Source of the DNA: Paragordius varius
Lineage: Eukaryota; Animalia; Nematomorpha
Length of the DNA stretch: 64,000 nucleotides
Reading direction: 5' to 3'
Assembly (NCBI GenBank): GCA_964247055.1
Contig: OZ176053.1
Span: forward strand, 3,410,001 to 3,474,000
The notes below the pieces were generated by a model. That model ran no database searches. It was not told the DNA's origin and saw only the letters and a list, made by a program, of their open reading frames with translations. Of this stretch, positions 30,501-42,649 are shown in pieces; position 1 is the first letter of the stretch; each line of letters begins with the position of its first letter. The translations under genes were made by a program, and so were the position numbers.

Positions 30501-33145
30501 TCACCCATAAATCTGTAAAAAAATATATTTCTATTATTTTAATACAAAAAGCTAAAGCATATAATTTTAGTTTTTACCTTAGAATCAACACAGTTTTGTG
30601 ATTTTTATAGAATTATTTTTATTGATACATAATATGTATGATAGGGACTTTTATATCATTTTATGACAATAATTGTTTATTAACTTTTACAAATATTTAA
30701 TTTAATATTTTTAGTGTTTTTCACCCATATTGATATGATGGCATAAAAATTAAAATCAACTGCGTCAATTCCAAATAAAAAGCAGTTTTTTGGGTAAAAA
30801 CTATATATATATATATATATATATATTTAGGAAATTTAATTTTTTAATATAAAAAGTAAAATATCAATATTTACTTGTCCACAATTTTATATGATCCCTT
30901 TTTGAAGAAAGTGTCAACTTTTGATTCGCCCACAATATATATTTGACCGTCTTTTTCATCTATAAAACATTTCAAAAAATATTTTAAAAAAACATTGTAA
31001 AAAATAAATTTTTATTATTAAATGATCTGACTATTTCTTGCAAAAATTCTAAACTTTCAAACAATAAAAAAAAATTATCAAAATAAAAAAATATTTAAAT
31101 TTGAGAAAAATTAATTTATAATTTAAAAATGATTCACTTAAAACTTTGGCATAAATCATGGTAGGATGAACGCACAAAAAACAATTTGATGGCAAGGTCC
31201 AAGGCGTTGTCGTCCACGCCAATAAAGAAACTAAAAGGGATATAAAAATTAAAAAAACCTTGAATTTTTTTTTATACAAACATTACTAAAGAATATATTT
31301 TTTAAATAAATTTCACAATATCAAATGAAACCATAGGTTAAAGGCTAACTTTAAAAAAAAAATTTGAAACTATTATAAAATTATAGGGCGTTTTATAAAG
31401 CGTTTTAAATTCGTTTTTTCAACTAAATCGCGCGGTCTCTGGAGGTTAAAATATCATGTTTTGATTAATAATTATGTTTAATTTGGCTTCAATTTCTAAA
31501 ATATGACCACATCTAATTTTAATATTTAAAAAAGAAGTAGAATATAATAAATTCTGATTTTTAACATTTGACTTTATTAATAAGCTGTATATCATGATGA
31601 TTAGGCCATCTATTTTAAATAACCGCATACCAATTAAAAAAGTTCAGACATAAAACCAAAACAACACAACTCTATTTACGACCCCTGTATAAAAGTAAAG
31701 AAAGGGAACATAATAATTAATCTTGTAAATTAAAATAATAAAATTTATAATAAACCATTAGGTTCATCTAATAAAGGAAAGGAAACTGTAATAGCCGGAT
31801 CAGATACATCTTTGTAATTGAGTCCTGATTCAAAATTGGACAAAGGCGTGTGACAAGCCGTAGAAAACGGCATTACCTATAAATTGTTAATAAGATTGAA
31901 TTATAAAAATATTTAATAGATTTTTAAACAAATCTTTAATATAAAATATCCAAGTGTTTAATTATACAGCAAGAAGATACTTTAATTAATATATTTGAAT
32001 CCTAAGTTAAGTAGAAAAATTTGCAATTAGTCAAAAATTTAGTTAAATTATGGTGTATGACCATTATAAGCATGAAAATATTAAAGTTAAGCAATAGCCA
32101 ACCGATATCTTTCATTATTTATACTATATTATTTTTAAATCTAAAAAAGGTTTATCGGGAATGCACAAGTTGAAAGCTTTTAGTTAATAAAAAAATTGCA
32201 TAAGATGCAGTCTATACTATGATCCATAGTGAGATTTTTTAAGAGAACATTTAGACCAATCAGGATAGTTTATGCCTAAAATAATATATTAAAAAATAAT
32301 ATTTACGATTCATACAAAGAAAAAATTAACATTTTAAAACGATTATCTAGGTTTTTAAAATTTGTTTATAATATATTAAAAGTATATTAAAATTCTATTT
32401 CTAAGCCAAGCAATATAAAATTTTCAGCACGTTATCGAAACCTATTTTCATATACATTTATATAGCGTTTAAAACTAATCAAACCGCATTACAATTATTG
32501 CCACCCAAAAATATTTTTAAAATTTGTAAAAGTACCTTAAAACCCCGGTAAACTAATCCCTTGTTGTAAAGTTGTTTAAAGACCCACCAAACCGATTCCA
32601 TGAACCAAGGATAAAGTGTTTTATAATCATTATCAAAATCTATCCATCGGCCTAACCGATTAATACAATATCTCCATTCCGCGGAATATTTCATCGCAAT
32701 CGATCTGCAATGAGAATTGTATTGAGCAATTCCCATTTCAGTCACTTGTTCTGGTGTTTTGATATCCAACATTTTATCTATCTCATATTCCTGGATATGT
32801 AAAAATTGATTGGTATAACGATAAATAATTTAAATATTGATAAATTGTACAATAGGTAAGCCATGACAATCCCAACCAAACCGTCGATCAACATAAAACC
32901 CATTTTGGTGTGCAAATCTGGTTATAATATCTTTAATAGTTCCTGCTAAAATGTGTCCATAATGAGGCAAGCCTGTAGCAAAGGGTGGCCCATCATAAAA
33001 CCGAAAACTAAAAATAATTTGTCATAAACCTTGGTTTATTTTTAGATTGTTCGAGGCTTATTTCAAGAGGTTTTATTTCTTCCCAAAACTTTAATATATT
33101 GCTTTCTTCCAAAGGAAAGTTTATGTTTTGAGGGGGTTGCAACAT
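18553..33145 (-). CDS. IARS1: Isoleucine--tRNA ligase, cytoplasmic, with metazoan-type C-terminal extension
   Basis: Starts [14 protein letters not shown] at 33145. Motifs: [76 protein letters not shown]. The 3' end is less certain: a GTGAGT donor near 19104 points to a last exon at 18699-18553, otherwise the stop is at 19090. Confidence 0.95.
18842..19026. mobile_element. Tc1/mariner-type MITE (same family as 10361-10518)
   Basis: TA|CAGTATGCATTTTAATAG...AATGCATACT(ATACT)G|TA; the internal sequence is the reverse complement of the DLAT-intron copy. Confidence 0.7.
20578..20805. mobile_element. MITE of the CCATTTAC-ended (Tc1/IS630-like) family in an IARS1 intron
   Basis: TA|CCATTTAC...GTAAATGG|TA ends, with subterminal inverted motifs TCACCCTAAAAAT and TAGGGTG. 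Confidence 0.7.
23402..23658. mobile_element. MITE of the CCATTTAC-ended family, second copy in an IARS1 intron
   Basis: TA|CCATTAATTCAAATTCACCCTAAAAATAA...TTAGGGTGAATTTGAA...GTAAATAG|TA; the interior resembles 20578-20805. Confidence 0.7.
26311..28215 (-). mobile_element. Decayed IS630-Tc1-mariner element with an inverted duplication of its 3' half, in IARS1 intron 26101-28516
   Basis: Minus-strand transposase pseudo-ORF about 27618-26690: HTH-like N-terminus [22 protein letters not shown] and third-acid motif [17 protein letters not shown], broken by stops and frameshifts. The left end TA|GCATTTAC is followed by about six 21-bp repeats. 27700-28215 is an inverted copy of about 26440-26945. 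Confidence 0.85.
29640..29990. repeat. Tandem duplication of about 170 bp in an IARS1 intron
   Basis: Two collinear copies of GATTTAAAGCACTCTGTTAAGTTTT..AAAGGACTCTTAATAAATGATT..ATTAATTTCACATGGTT. Confidence 0.75.
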
Positions 33146-33679
33146 TTCACGTTTTTTTGCTTAGCGAATGTTGCACATATGTTTTGGAAAAATTGAGAAT
33201 ATCTTTACATCATAAATATATCATATTGCTTATGAATTTTTTGGGCCCTGATAATATTTTAAAAATTCGATTGTGCAAATAGTTGATTTTATTGTTTATA
33301 TGAGTTTTTTGGATATTGTCCGCCTTAATTAGGTACAATATTTAAGGTTGATCTGCTAAAATAATTCGATAAGAATTTATATTAAAAAAGTTTCATATTT
33401 CCAGCATATATAGGAAAATTATTTTCAATGCTATTATATGCTAAGTAAAATATAAATATAAAACATTAAGAAAAAGATCAGACTTGAGGTGTTATATATT
33501 TTACTACTCCAAGTTTTAATTATTAACTTTTCATTACTTTTTCAATCTTTTTAAGATTACATTTTGGGGTAAACATCCTAGAGCTCAGTAAATAAACTAC
33601 AATATTTAAAGTTGTTTTAGTTAAAATTTAAATATCCAACATTGTTAAAATGTATTAGATAAAAAATTTATAATTTTTA

Positions 33680-34497
33680 CAGTTTTGTAATTTCTAGAGT
33701 CTATTAGGGGAGTTACAAACACGATTAAAACGAACAGCTGATTTAAAAATAAAAATATATCAAGTTTTGCTCTTAAAATATGTTTTTTTTAAAGTTATTT
33801 ATATACATTTTTTAACCATAATATACATTGCAAGTTGCCTTAGCGAATAAAAAAATATAGAAAAAATGGCAATGTTTAAGATGAGAATTTTTTTACAATT
33901 TTATATTTATTTAAAAATTATTTTTGCATAATGCGCATAAAATACTGAAGAAAGCATATTTTTAAATTCGGCAGATATTCAAATTTCACGCTCTGGAATC
34001 CAAAATTACGCTGATTATATAAATTATTTATATAAAATAGGAACGCATTCATTTATATATATTCGAAAACTAGAAATTATAAACTTTAAATTAGTAATAA
34101 ATATTCGCTTCAAGTTTTAAGCCATGTTTAAAATAATTTCGATACATTCAAATTTTAGACATTAAACCGAATGAATGTATTTTTAATTTGAATTAAAAGT
34201 ATTTTAGGTCTTAAGCCAAATCCAAAAATGTGCCTTCTTTGGTCTTTTAGGCGCATTATTCAAAATATTTTTAAAAAAAATGTAAAATTGTAAAAAAATC
34301 TACATCTCAAACTTTTTTGCCGCCATTTTTTTCTTATACATTTTTCGAATCGCCAATGGTACAGACAAATTTTTGCATATTATGATTAGAAAATATAGAT
34401 TATTAAATTTAAAAACTTTCAGGCAATTTTTGATATCAGCTCTACGTTTCAATCGTGTTTGTAGCTCTTCAAATAGACTCTAGAAGTTACAAAACTG
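33680..34497. mobile_element. MITE-like element upstream of IARS1
   Basis: Imperfect TIRs of about 70-80 bp: CAGTTTTGTAATTTCTAGAGTCTATT..AAACACGATT versus AATCGTGTTT..AATAGACTCTAGAAGTTACAAAACTG. Confidence 0.6.
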
Positions 34498-36039
34498 CAA
34501 AAAATATAAGCTTTTTTATTGTATACATGAGAACAATGTTTGATATTGAACTTTGACTAAAATAACTTTTAAAACTGTAGTTTACTTATAAAATGGATCT
34601 TTCTGGGATATTAAACAACCCCAAAATAAAGTGAAAAGGTAATAATCTGTTGAAATTGGCCCAATAATATTATTGAAATTTAAAAGTTTAGAAGCGATAA
34701 AATATAAAATTAGAGTTTATTAGTATTATATGCGATATCAAAATTTTTAAAACATGTAAAATTAGCAAGGATATTTTAACCGCAAGAAAAATGAATCCGT
34801 CATGATTAGACATTAGTTGTTGAAAATCAATTACAAAGCAAGTACAATAAGATAAATTTGGATCGTATTTTAACAATTTAATATTTTTTTATGTAGTTGA
34901 ATCAGTGGTATGTCAATCACGAATATATTAAGTTACATATTGTATAAATCCATAATTTAGATAAAATCTGTAGGCCTAATATCCATAATGAAATTTAATT
35001 ATTTATAAATGCGCAGGGGTGAATAAACCGTTTTTAAATTAGCCTTACATTTTGCCCCACTCGTGTAATAATAGAGGTTTTCACAAAAAATATTATTTCC
35101 GAAATTCTGAGATTTAAGCGCATGATCAAAAGACAATTATACCCATTCGATTATAACAGATTTTTTAATTTTTTACGAATGCGCTAAATATGAATAAGTC
35201 GTTTATTTAACCCTCTGGTTAGTACCCACCTTAAAATTGTTTTTGAATGAATATATATTTTAAACAGTTTTTGGGTAAACTTTTGGCCTAAGTGCCAAGG
35301 GTGACCCAGTTGCTCCTTTAATTAGCATTAAATTAAGCGCTCCCTTTAATCAAGTTTTTGCAATGCGTTACGATCATATTTATATATTTCTAAACAGTAA
35401 TGTTGTAAATAACCGCTCGGTACTTGAACTTGTTGAAAATACACTTTGAAATATAATTGTCAAATATTTTTTACGATTTGTATGGCCTGAATATTAGCAT
35501 ATTCTTATGGCTGGAATTAATTTGTCACTTTTTGGTGGCTCTTAAATTATTCTTAGCGAAATATTATCACAATATTTTTATAAAATTTAATGAGATGTGG
35601 GCTTGAAAGCTCTAAATTTTTGCCCTTCTAAAATAAGCTAGTTGTCTTAAATTAAACGCAAAAATACCAAGATTTGCGATAAAAAATTTACTATATGATG
35701 GCATCAAATAAATATTGTGAGAAAAGGCATACATGTTCCAAAATGTTATTAGCAAAATTTCGTTGAACATACTTCCTATTGAGGCATATTGGAAACGCCA
35801 TAAAAACGCTGGAAATATTATAAAAATTTTCCATATAATCCATGATGCTGAACATTACTATCACTTCCGGGTTTTAAACTAATTATTCGTAGAGAAATTG
35901 GTGTTAGACCTTAATTTTTTTGGAAAAAAATCATCCAATTATAAAAGAAGACGAAACTTTAAATTAAAATTCCGAAGTGTTAACTTTCAGCATTATCGGT
36001 TTATCAATTTATAGAGTAAAAAGTGTTTAATTATTTAAA

Positions 36040-36230
36040 ACATTGTGTTCCGTTGCCAATGCTTTAAAATACCATAAAACTCTAATTGAAAATCCATTTT
36101 TCTCATATATTTATTTTATTACGCAATCTCAGCTGTTACATAAAAAACTAACCCATTTTAGAAGGGCAAAAAAAATTTGCTTCTTTTGGAGCCCACATCT
36201 AAAAATTAATTATAAATATTTTTGCTTTAC
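36040..36230. repeat. Dispersed repeat fragment, with a related copy at about 58190-58340
   Basis: Shared ATGCTTTAAAAT and GGAGCCCACATCTAAAA blocks in the same order. Confidence 0.4.
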
Positions 36231-37332
36231 ATGTAATTTATGATATATATTGCGAAATTTTTTGGAATAAAGCATCTAGCTTTCATCAAAAAAATTATTT
36301 TAACGTAATGGAAAATTTTGAAATTTTTTGATAGAGAGTTACCATAAAATTGTGAATAATTTTCTTAAATCACACTGAATGCAAAAACCATAAGTACGAT
36401 GATGATCCTGATACATTTTCCAGAAAATATCAATTTCAACAGGATATTTTTACGACAGTGTATAATCTGATAAAAAAATACATTGGAATTTTAATGGTGC
36501 TTCTAGTTGTTGATTTTAAGAGTCTTTTATGCTTACCTTTTAATTGTTCTATATCAGAAAATCTTAAAATTAGCGCATATTATGCTAAAAAATTCGTAGA
36601 AAGGTTAATGCTTTATTCCAGTTTATAATAAATTTATAAATTTCAATATGGCGTCCGAAATTCGCAAATTTTTATATCCCTCTTAAACAGGCTGGTTTTT
36701 TTTATAGGCGTTCAATGCCAATTATATAATAATATATAATAAATACTTTAAATATATTTTAAAAATGCTTACTCTGATTTTACATTTAACCAAAATTTTG
36801 TTGCGGCGTTATGGTATTTTTTGAAACATGATGGAAACGGTATCGCTTTAAAATTTATGCAACTTTTTCAAAAAATAATGTGCTAATCTCTTATTTGCAT
36901 TGTTGGATTTGTCATTAAAACGTAGAACATGTCGACAGCCGTCTATAAGTTACCTACACTATGGAGGCATAAATAAAAAGTGAAATATTATTTTCAAGGC
37001 TGATTAATCTTTTATTATTAAGGACTGTATATATAAGCAACCAATTATTCTCCCAATCGCCTAAAAGTGTAAAAGCTAATTTTTTAATGAGTATTCAATT
37101 GTTAACAAATAGATCATCCAATTCGGTTATTATTGAAAGTTAATATGTGAAAAATTTTATCACTTTTATACACTTATAAGCCCACATTCTATATAGCAAC
37201 AATCATACTTTTTAAGGTCTTATATTGCCTAAGCCTATAGATATATTCTATTTAGCAACAATCACTTATTATAACTCTCGCATTACTATTTCACAAAAAT
37301 ATATAAAACAATCATTATCAAAATCTAATTTA

Positions 37333-39458
37333 ATGAAATTTTTTTCAAGAATATTCACTGTAAAAACGACAAATGGTGGCGAAACCCAAGAGAAGAGTCA
37401 GGGTATGCACATATAACAATTTTTTTCCATAATTTTCCACAAAAACCAGAAAATTAATGATAAACTTTATCAATGATATTTCGTTAAATACATATAACCT
37501 TTTTAAATAAATAAAAATAAATTAATTCAAAATTTTAAAATAGATTAATGTTTAAAACATAACACATAACTTTGATTAGTTGAAAGTTTAATGCTTTTAC
37601 ACTGTTATTGCCAACTTACAATTATATTTATGTTTAATATTAAATAGCTTTGGTTTATAATAAATTTAAAATTTATAATTAACTTAATTTTTTTGTTAGA
37701 AGTTGGCTTGACAATATTTATTGACCACAATAAAAGTTTATAAAGGTAAATGATGGCAATAATCATTTTATATGTACATAATTAATTAATAACATTGACC
37801 GAAAATCAGTTATTTATATTACTTTAAAATTCCAAAAACCGAATCGGTATTTTCATTTTATTTATAACCATAAAGTATATATGTTAATATTACAGGCTGG
37901 AGAAGATATCTATGCTGCATATCTTCTTGTTGTTTGAAGAAGAATAACGAAGGGGGAAGATTGGAAATTAATCCCGATGTACCTTCGGAGCAAAGTGCGA
38001 TTTCAAAATCTAATATTATCAAACACAAAAATAATATAAATATTTAAATAGAAATGTTTGCATATAATTAGAACCAAGAAAAAGTGTCACTTTCAGTGAA
38101 GTCAACCAATACCATTCATGGACTCCCGTCAGTCCTGTCTCTTCTCCAAGTAAAATACCAAAATTATTAATCAACATTTTTTACAACTCATTTTACATAA
38201 TTTTAACTAAATTAATTTTATGTTTTTTAGATATTTTTCCCAAAGTGGAGGAAATTTATGAAAAGTTTTTAAATAATAAAGACGACCAAGATGAAAATGA
38301 AGATGATTGGGAGTCGATATCTTCAGGTGGTTTGTTGTATAAGAAATAAAATCAACGGAAATTGTGAACACAAATATATTTTCGAAAGACAATTATATTT
38401 TTAAAATCTTTGAAATTAAAATAGCTCATCATTTTTATTAAGATTATTCTTAAAGTTTAAATTTGCAATTGATGTTAATTGTGCCAAAACTCATTTTAAG
38501 GTTATAAATAATATAATTTTTTTAGATTCTTTTTCCGAAGTGAATGAAATTTATGCGAAACTTTTTGCTGACGAAGGTGAAGATGATCGGAATTCGATAT
38601 CTACAGGTTATTTTTAATGTTGAGTATTTAGAGGATTTTGCTTAAAAGTGACAAAATGTGTCAATAAAAATTACCATGAAAGTTTAAATTATAGAAAATT
38701 GAAATTTTAGAAATTTTAATATATTTAACATAAAAAAGCGTAATAAGAATATGTGATGTGGTTGAAGCAAAAGGATTGTGTTTGAGGTATCCAAAATATC
38801 AAAAAATGTCATAAAAGTAACGAATCCAAATCCAATATAAAAATAAAGAATCCAAAAAAGCGTTATATAAAAGATTAGTGTGATGTAATGTAAAAAGATA
38901 AATGTAATTGGATGTAAAGAGTGAGTAGATAGGTTTGATTGATTTGTAAGTGTAGGTAGGTGTGGGATGTAATAAATAATGTAAAGAATCCAAATGTATA
39001 AAAAATACAATATATAAATATGAATAGTGTGAATATGGATGTAATGATCTGTAGATGAGATGTATGGTGGAGAGTTTGGATGAGTGTGAAATACAGGTTT
39101 TTAGGCTTAAATAAGATTTTCGACTCATTTTAGTAACAAACTTTTATCATAATTAAATCCGAAATCGCAAATTTTCCCCATATTATGTCACCAATATTTC
39201 CCCAGTTAATTATTGCAAAATAGTAGGGATTGTGTGAAAAAAAAATTTAATACTATTTTGAGGTGATGGGTGTAACCCTAACAATCTCTCTCCTGAAATA
39301 AATTTTCTCTTATACAACTTAATGTATAAATTATGAGGTGTTACTTATTTCTACCATTAACATTTTTAGAAAAAACGGTGGAGAAACCATTGAAAGAATA
39401 TAATGAATATGAAGTTGTGGATTGGAGTTGTCTTTCCACAAGGAATGAGGCGGATTGA
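37333..39458 (+). CDS. Unassigned small-protein family, copy 2 (6 exons, 170 aa; candidate PP1-docking protein)
   Basis: Exons 37333-37402, 37896-37994, 38072-38149, 38231-38326, 38526-38606 and 39370-39458 (70+99+78+96+81+89 = 513 nt), all GT-AG and phase 1. Protein: MKFFSRIFTVKTTNGGETQEKSQGWRRYLCCISSCCLKKNNEGGRLEINPDVPSEQKPRKSVTFSEVNQYHSWTPVSPVSSPNIFPKVEEIYEKFLNNKDDQDENEDDWESISSDSFSEVNEIYAKLFADEGEDDRNSISTEKTVEKPLKEYNEYEVVDWSCLSTRNEAD*. Confidence 0.85.
38750..39090 (-). repeat. Inverted unit of the downstream compositional repeat inserted in intron 5 of copy 2
   Basis: Reverse complement of about 39820-40150 and 50470-50790 (about 85-90% identity by eye); absent from intron 5 of copy 3. 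Confidence 0.85.
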
Positions 39459-39529
39459 TGATTCGCGGAACACAAAAAATTCTCAACTATAATTATTTTT
39501 TATTTTCAATATTTCTTCAATATCCTACT

Positions 39530-40640
39530 ACTTATATCTTTTATTATATATTTTGGATTTTTTATGCATTTGATTCCTTTACATATTTGGATTCATTCAA
39601 CTTCTTTATTCCTTTACATCTTTGTCAAACTTATTCTATCTACATCTAACTACATTTCAAACAAATCAAAACCTATCTACTCACTCTTTACATCCAATCA
39701 CATTTTTCTTTCATTACATCACACTCATCCTTTATATAACATTTATGGATTCTTTATTTTTATATTGGATTTGGATTCTTTACTTTTTATGACATTTTTT
39801 GATATTTGGATTGTCACATCTTATACTCATTCAAACTATCCACCATACTCCTCATCTACACATCATTACACCTTCATCATTTATATATTCTATTTTTTAT
39901 ACATTTGGATTCTTTAAACTATTTACATCCCACACCTACCTACATTTACAAATCAAACCCACCTACTCACTCTTTACCTCCAATTACATTTATCTTTTTA
40001 CATCTATATCACACTCATCAATTATTATATAACATTTTTGGATTCTTTATATTTATATTGGATTTGGATTCTTTACTTTTTATGACATTTTTTGATATTT
40101 TGGATACCTCAAACACAACCCTTTTCCTTCAACCACATATCACTTCACACTCATCTCTACACTCTCAACCCTTACACATGTCATCCACACATCATTATTT
40201 ATATACATCATTCAACATTTATATATTTATCATCATACAATTGGATTCTTTATATTTTCATCATTTTTTGAATCCTCATTTTTTATGACATTTGGATTTT
40301 GGATTATTTTTTCTTTTTTGGATTTGGATTTTTTATACCCTCACACTCAACCTCCCATCTCTACTCAAATACTTCACAAACTCACATGCACTCATCTCTA
40401 TTACAACTTTACCTACATACTCTCATATATTATTATTGCTTTTATATAGAAAAATTTGGATTCAATTTTTATTGAATTTTGGATTACTTTTTTTATTTGA
40501 TGGATTTGGATTCTTCGATATATACCTCACTCTCTAACACTCAACCCTCAAACTCACATACACACATGCACACACCTTTATCATCAACCATCAATTTATT
40601 TAACGCCACACTTTGTATCATAACTCATCACATATTACAT
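39530..40640 (+). repeat. Strand-asymmetric tandem macro-repeat (units of about 200-300 bp) 3' of copy 2
   Basis: G-poor C/A blocks (CAAATCAAACCTATCTACTCACTCTTTACATCCAAT) alternate with T-rich blocks (ATATTGGATTTGGATTCTTTACTTTTTATGACATTTTT). Confidence 0.85.
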
Positions 40641-42191
40641 ATTAAATTGTTAATGTTATATTGTTTATGTTGTTATAATTTTATGTATAAAGTTAATGAT
40701 TTTTAAGTTAACAAATAAATTATACCTATTTTAACTTACAACGATTTAATTTTTTAAGTTCTGTGTGTATCGGTTCTAGAGAGTTAAAGTCATTAATTGA
40801 AAAGATTACTAGGGAAAATTCACATCAATTTATTATGATTGTTTCAATTTCTATGGCAAAAATAAAAAATTATCTTTTCACAACCTGGTTAAATTGGCCT
40901 TGAAGCCAAAAGACCCCTTTTTTCAGAATGACTGTCCCTGGACAGACGAGTGTTAAAGCATAAAGTCCTAAATAGAATTTAAGATCCTACTCTTTAGGAA
41001 AAGCAAGTTTTATACTGATTTATTTTATCATTTTGAAAATTGTAACGGTATCAGAAGGTATGGACACTTCATCTATTCAAATTAGAATATATTATAACAA
41101 TTAAAAAAGTTGTTTAGTCAATTTTTTGTAAAACGAGTAGGCTCACTCAAATAAAATGGATATTTTATTCAATACCTTGTTTATGCACCTCTAGGTTTTC
41201 TACCTATGTATAGGATCTTTTTGAAAAATATCTTTAAAACAAAATATATGCATATTAGAATTGAGCTTTAAATTAAAATTGGGTTAGAGTCACCTAGAAT
41301 ACGATTTTACACATGCCATTAAAGCTTATCCTGAGAGAATAGTTTGAAAGTTATTTATAATTGACGTTTCTTTGGTTAATGCACATTCTAATTTTTAAAT
41401 TAGTTTTATTGGGCCGAGCACAACTCTAGTAATTGGCTGTTATAAATTAATAGAAAATCCAAGAGCTCATTAAAAATGAGTATTAACTATTATTTACTCA
41501 GTAATCTAAATTTAGCATTTAAGTCCGTCCAGTCTCCCTTAATAAGCATCAATTCAAAATCAAATAAATATTTTAAACATTTGTCGATAATATCTAAACC
41601 TAAAAACAATTTTATATGCTAGAGGGCCCGCGAAAATTTTAAATTACCAAATACATAAGATTTTTATAATTTTCAAAAATATCCTGTAAAATCCTAATTT
41701 AAAATTTTTAATATGTCATATTGGCAAATGCAAAAATTGGTGAAATAAATAAAATTATATTATTTTTTTTTCATATTACAGTCCTACACTAAATAAAATA
41801 TTTATGAATGCCCATATATTTTTTAAATGCAAACACCCCTGCTTTGGAAAGTTAATTTTTTAATGCCTTTTTTGATGTCCTTTATCTGCCATCCAATCTT
41901 GTTAATTGACTCATCTTCCCCCGCCTCGTAAAAAATCATAACCTTAAAAAACTATTCCTGATAACATGGCGCTCATTTCATATGGGCTATTATATTTTAT
42001 GAAGGTGCTGAGTCGGCCGATTAATTTGATACGCTGATACATAAATTGTAAAATAAGTTTGTTTAGAAAGTAAGATTTACTCCTGTATCGAATCCAAAAA
42101 TGGAAAATATTTGGTCATTTATGAATGCACCGATTATAGTTTAGCCAATTTATTAAATTAACCCCCTCTTTTATACGCCCAAGTTATAGTT

Positions 42192-42205
42192 CAGGGGTGT
42201 CCAAC
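42192..42205 (+). mobile_element. hAT (Buster/Charlie-type) terminal inverted repeat CAGGGGTGTCCAAC
   Basis: Complementary to GTTGGACACCCCCG ending at 47139. The same TIR is at the paralogous site about 56836, and a reverse TIR at about 56458-56471. Confidence 0.7.
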
Positions 42206-42649
42206 ATAAATGACTTGGCCGTATTTTTACCCCAGAAAGCGGGCGTGCATAAAAAAACTTTACTTTACCACTTATTCTATTAAGTATTTACATATTTCTT
42301 AGAAGATAAAAATTTTTACTCGGATAAACAATGTTTGGCCCACAACAGTGTTTATTTAACATGATTTATCTACAAAAAAAGATCTGGGTCGCATGTGGAC
42401 CATTGTAAATTGTAAGTCTTACAAGAGTGTTAATACGTAATTTAAATATATGTTGCTAAAAAGTATATTTTACGATCGATTTTGAAAATTCCAGGTTTTA
42501 TTAAAGATTTACAAAATTGAAAAATATTTGAAAAAAATTCACTATAAAAAATAATATAAAAACAATTAATATCCATTCATCAAAAATAATTTTTAATTTT
42601 GACCGAGAACTTAAAGAATTTTTTTTATAATTGGCACAAAGGAGGATGT

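Larger units (their letters stand above)
37090..42500. repeat. Segmental duplication unit A, paralogous to 47640-57130 once the gypsy insertion is removed
   Basis: Collinear similarity covers the promoter, all six exons and introns of the small gene, the 3' compositional repeat and the downstream flank (e.g. TGACTCATCTTCCCCCGCCTCGTAAAAAATCATAACC, AAGTAAGATTTACTCCTGTATCGAATCCAAAA) up to the hAT TIR region. Confidence 0.9.

Noticed and set aside
37373-37402. Alternative exon-1 reading MVAKPKRRVR (NLS-like) for the small gene
   Set aside because: It ends in phase 0 and meets a stop in exon 2, and its ATG is TTG in copy 3. The upstream ATG frame is open in all three copies.
39530-40640. Minus strand of the macro-repeat read as a gene in an alternative code (TGA = Trp, TAR = Gln or Glu)
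   Set aside because: All three stop codons and frequent frameshifts occur, and neighbouring genes use the standard code (TGA, TAA and TAG stops).
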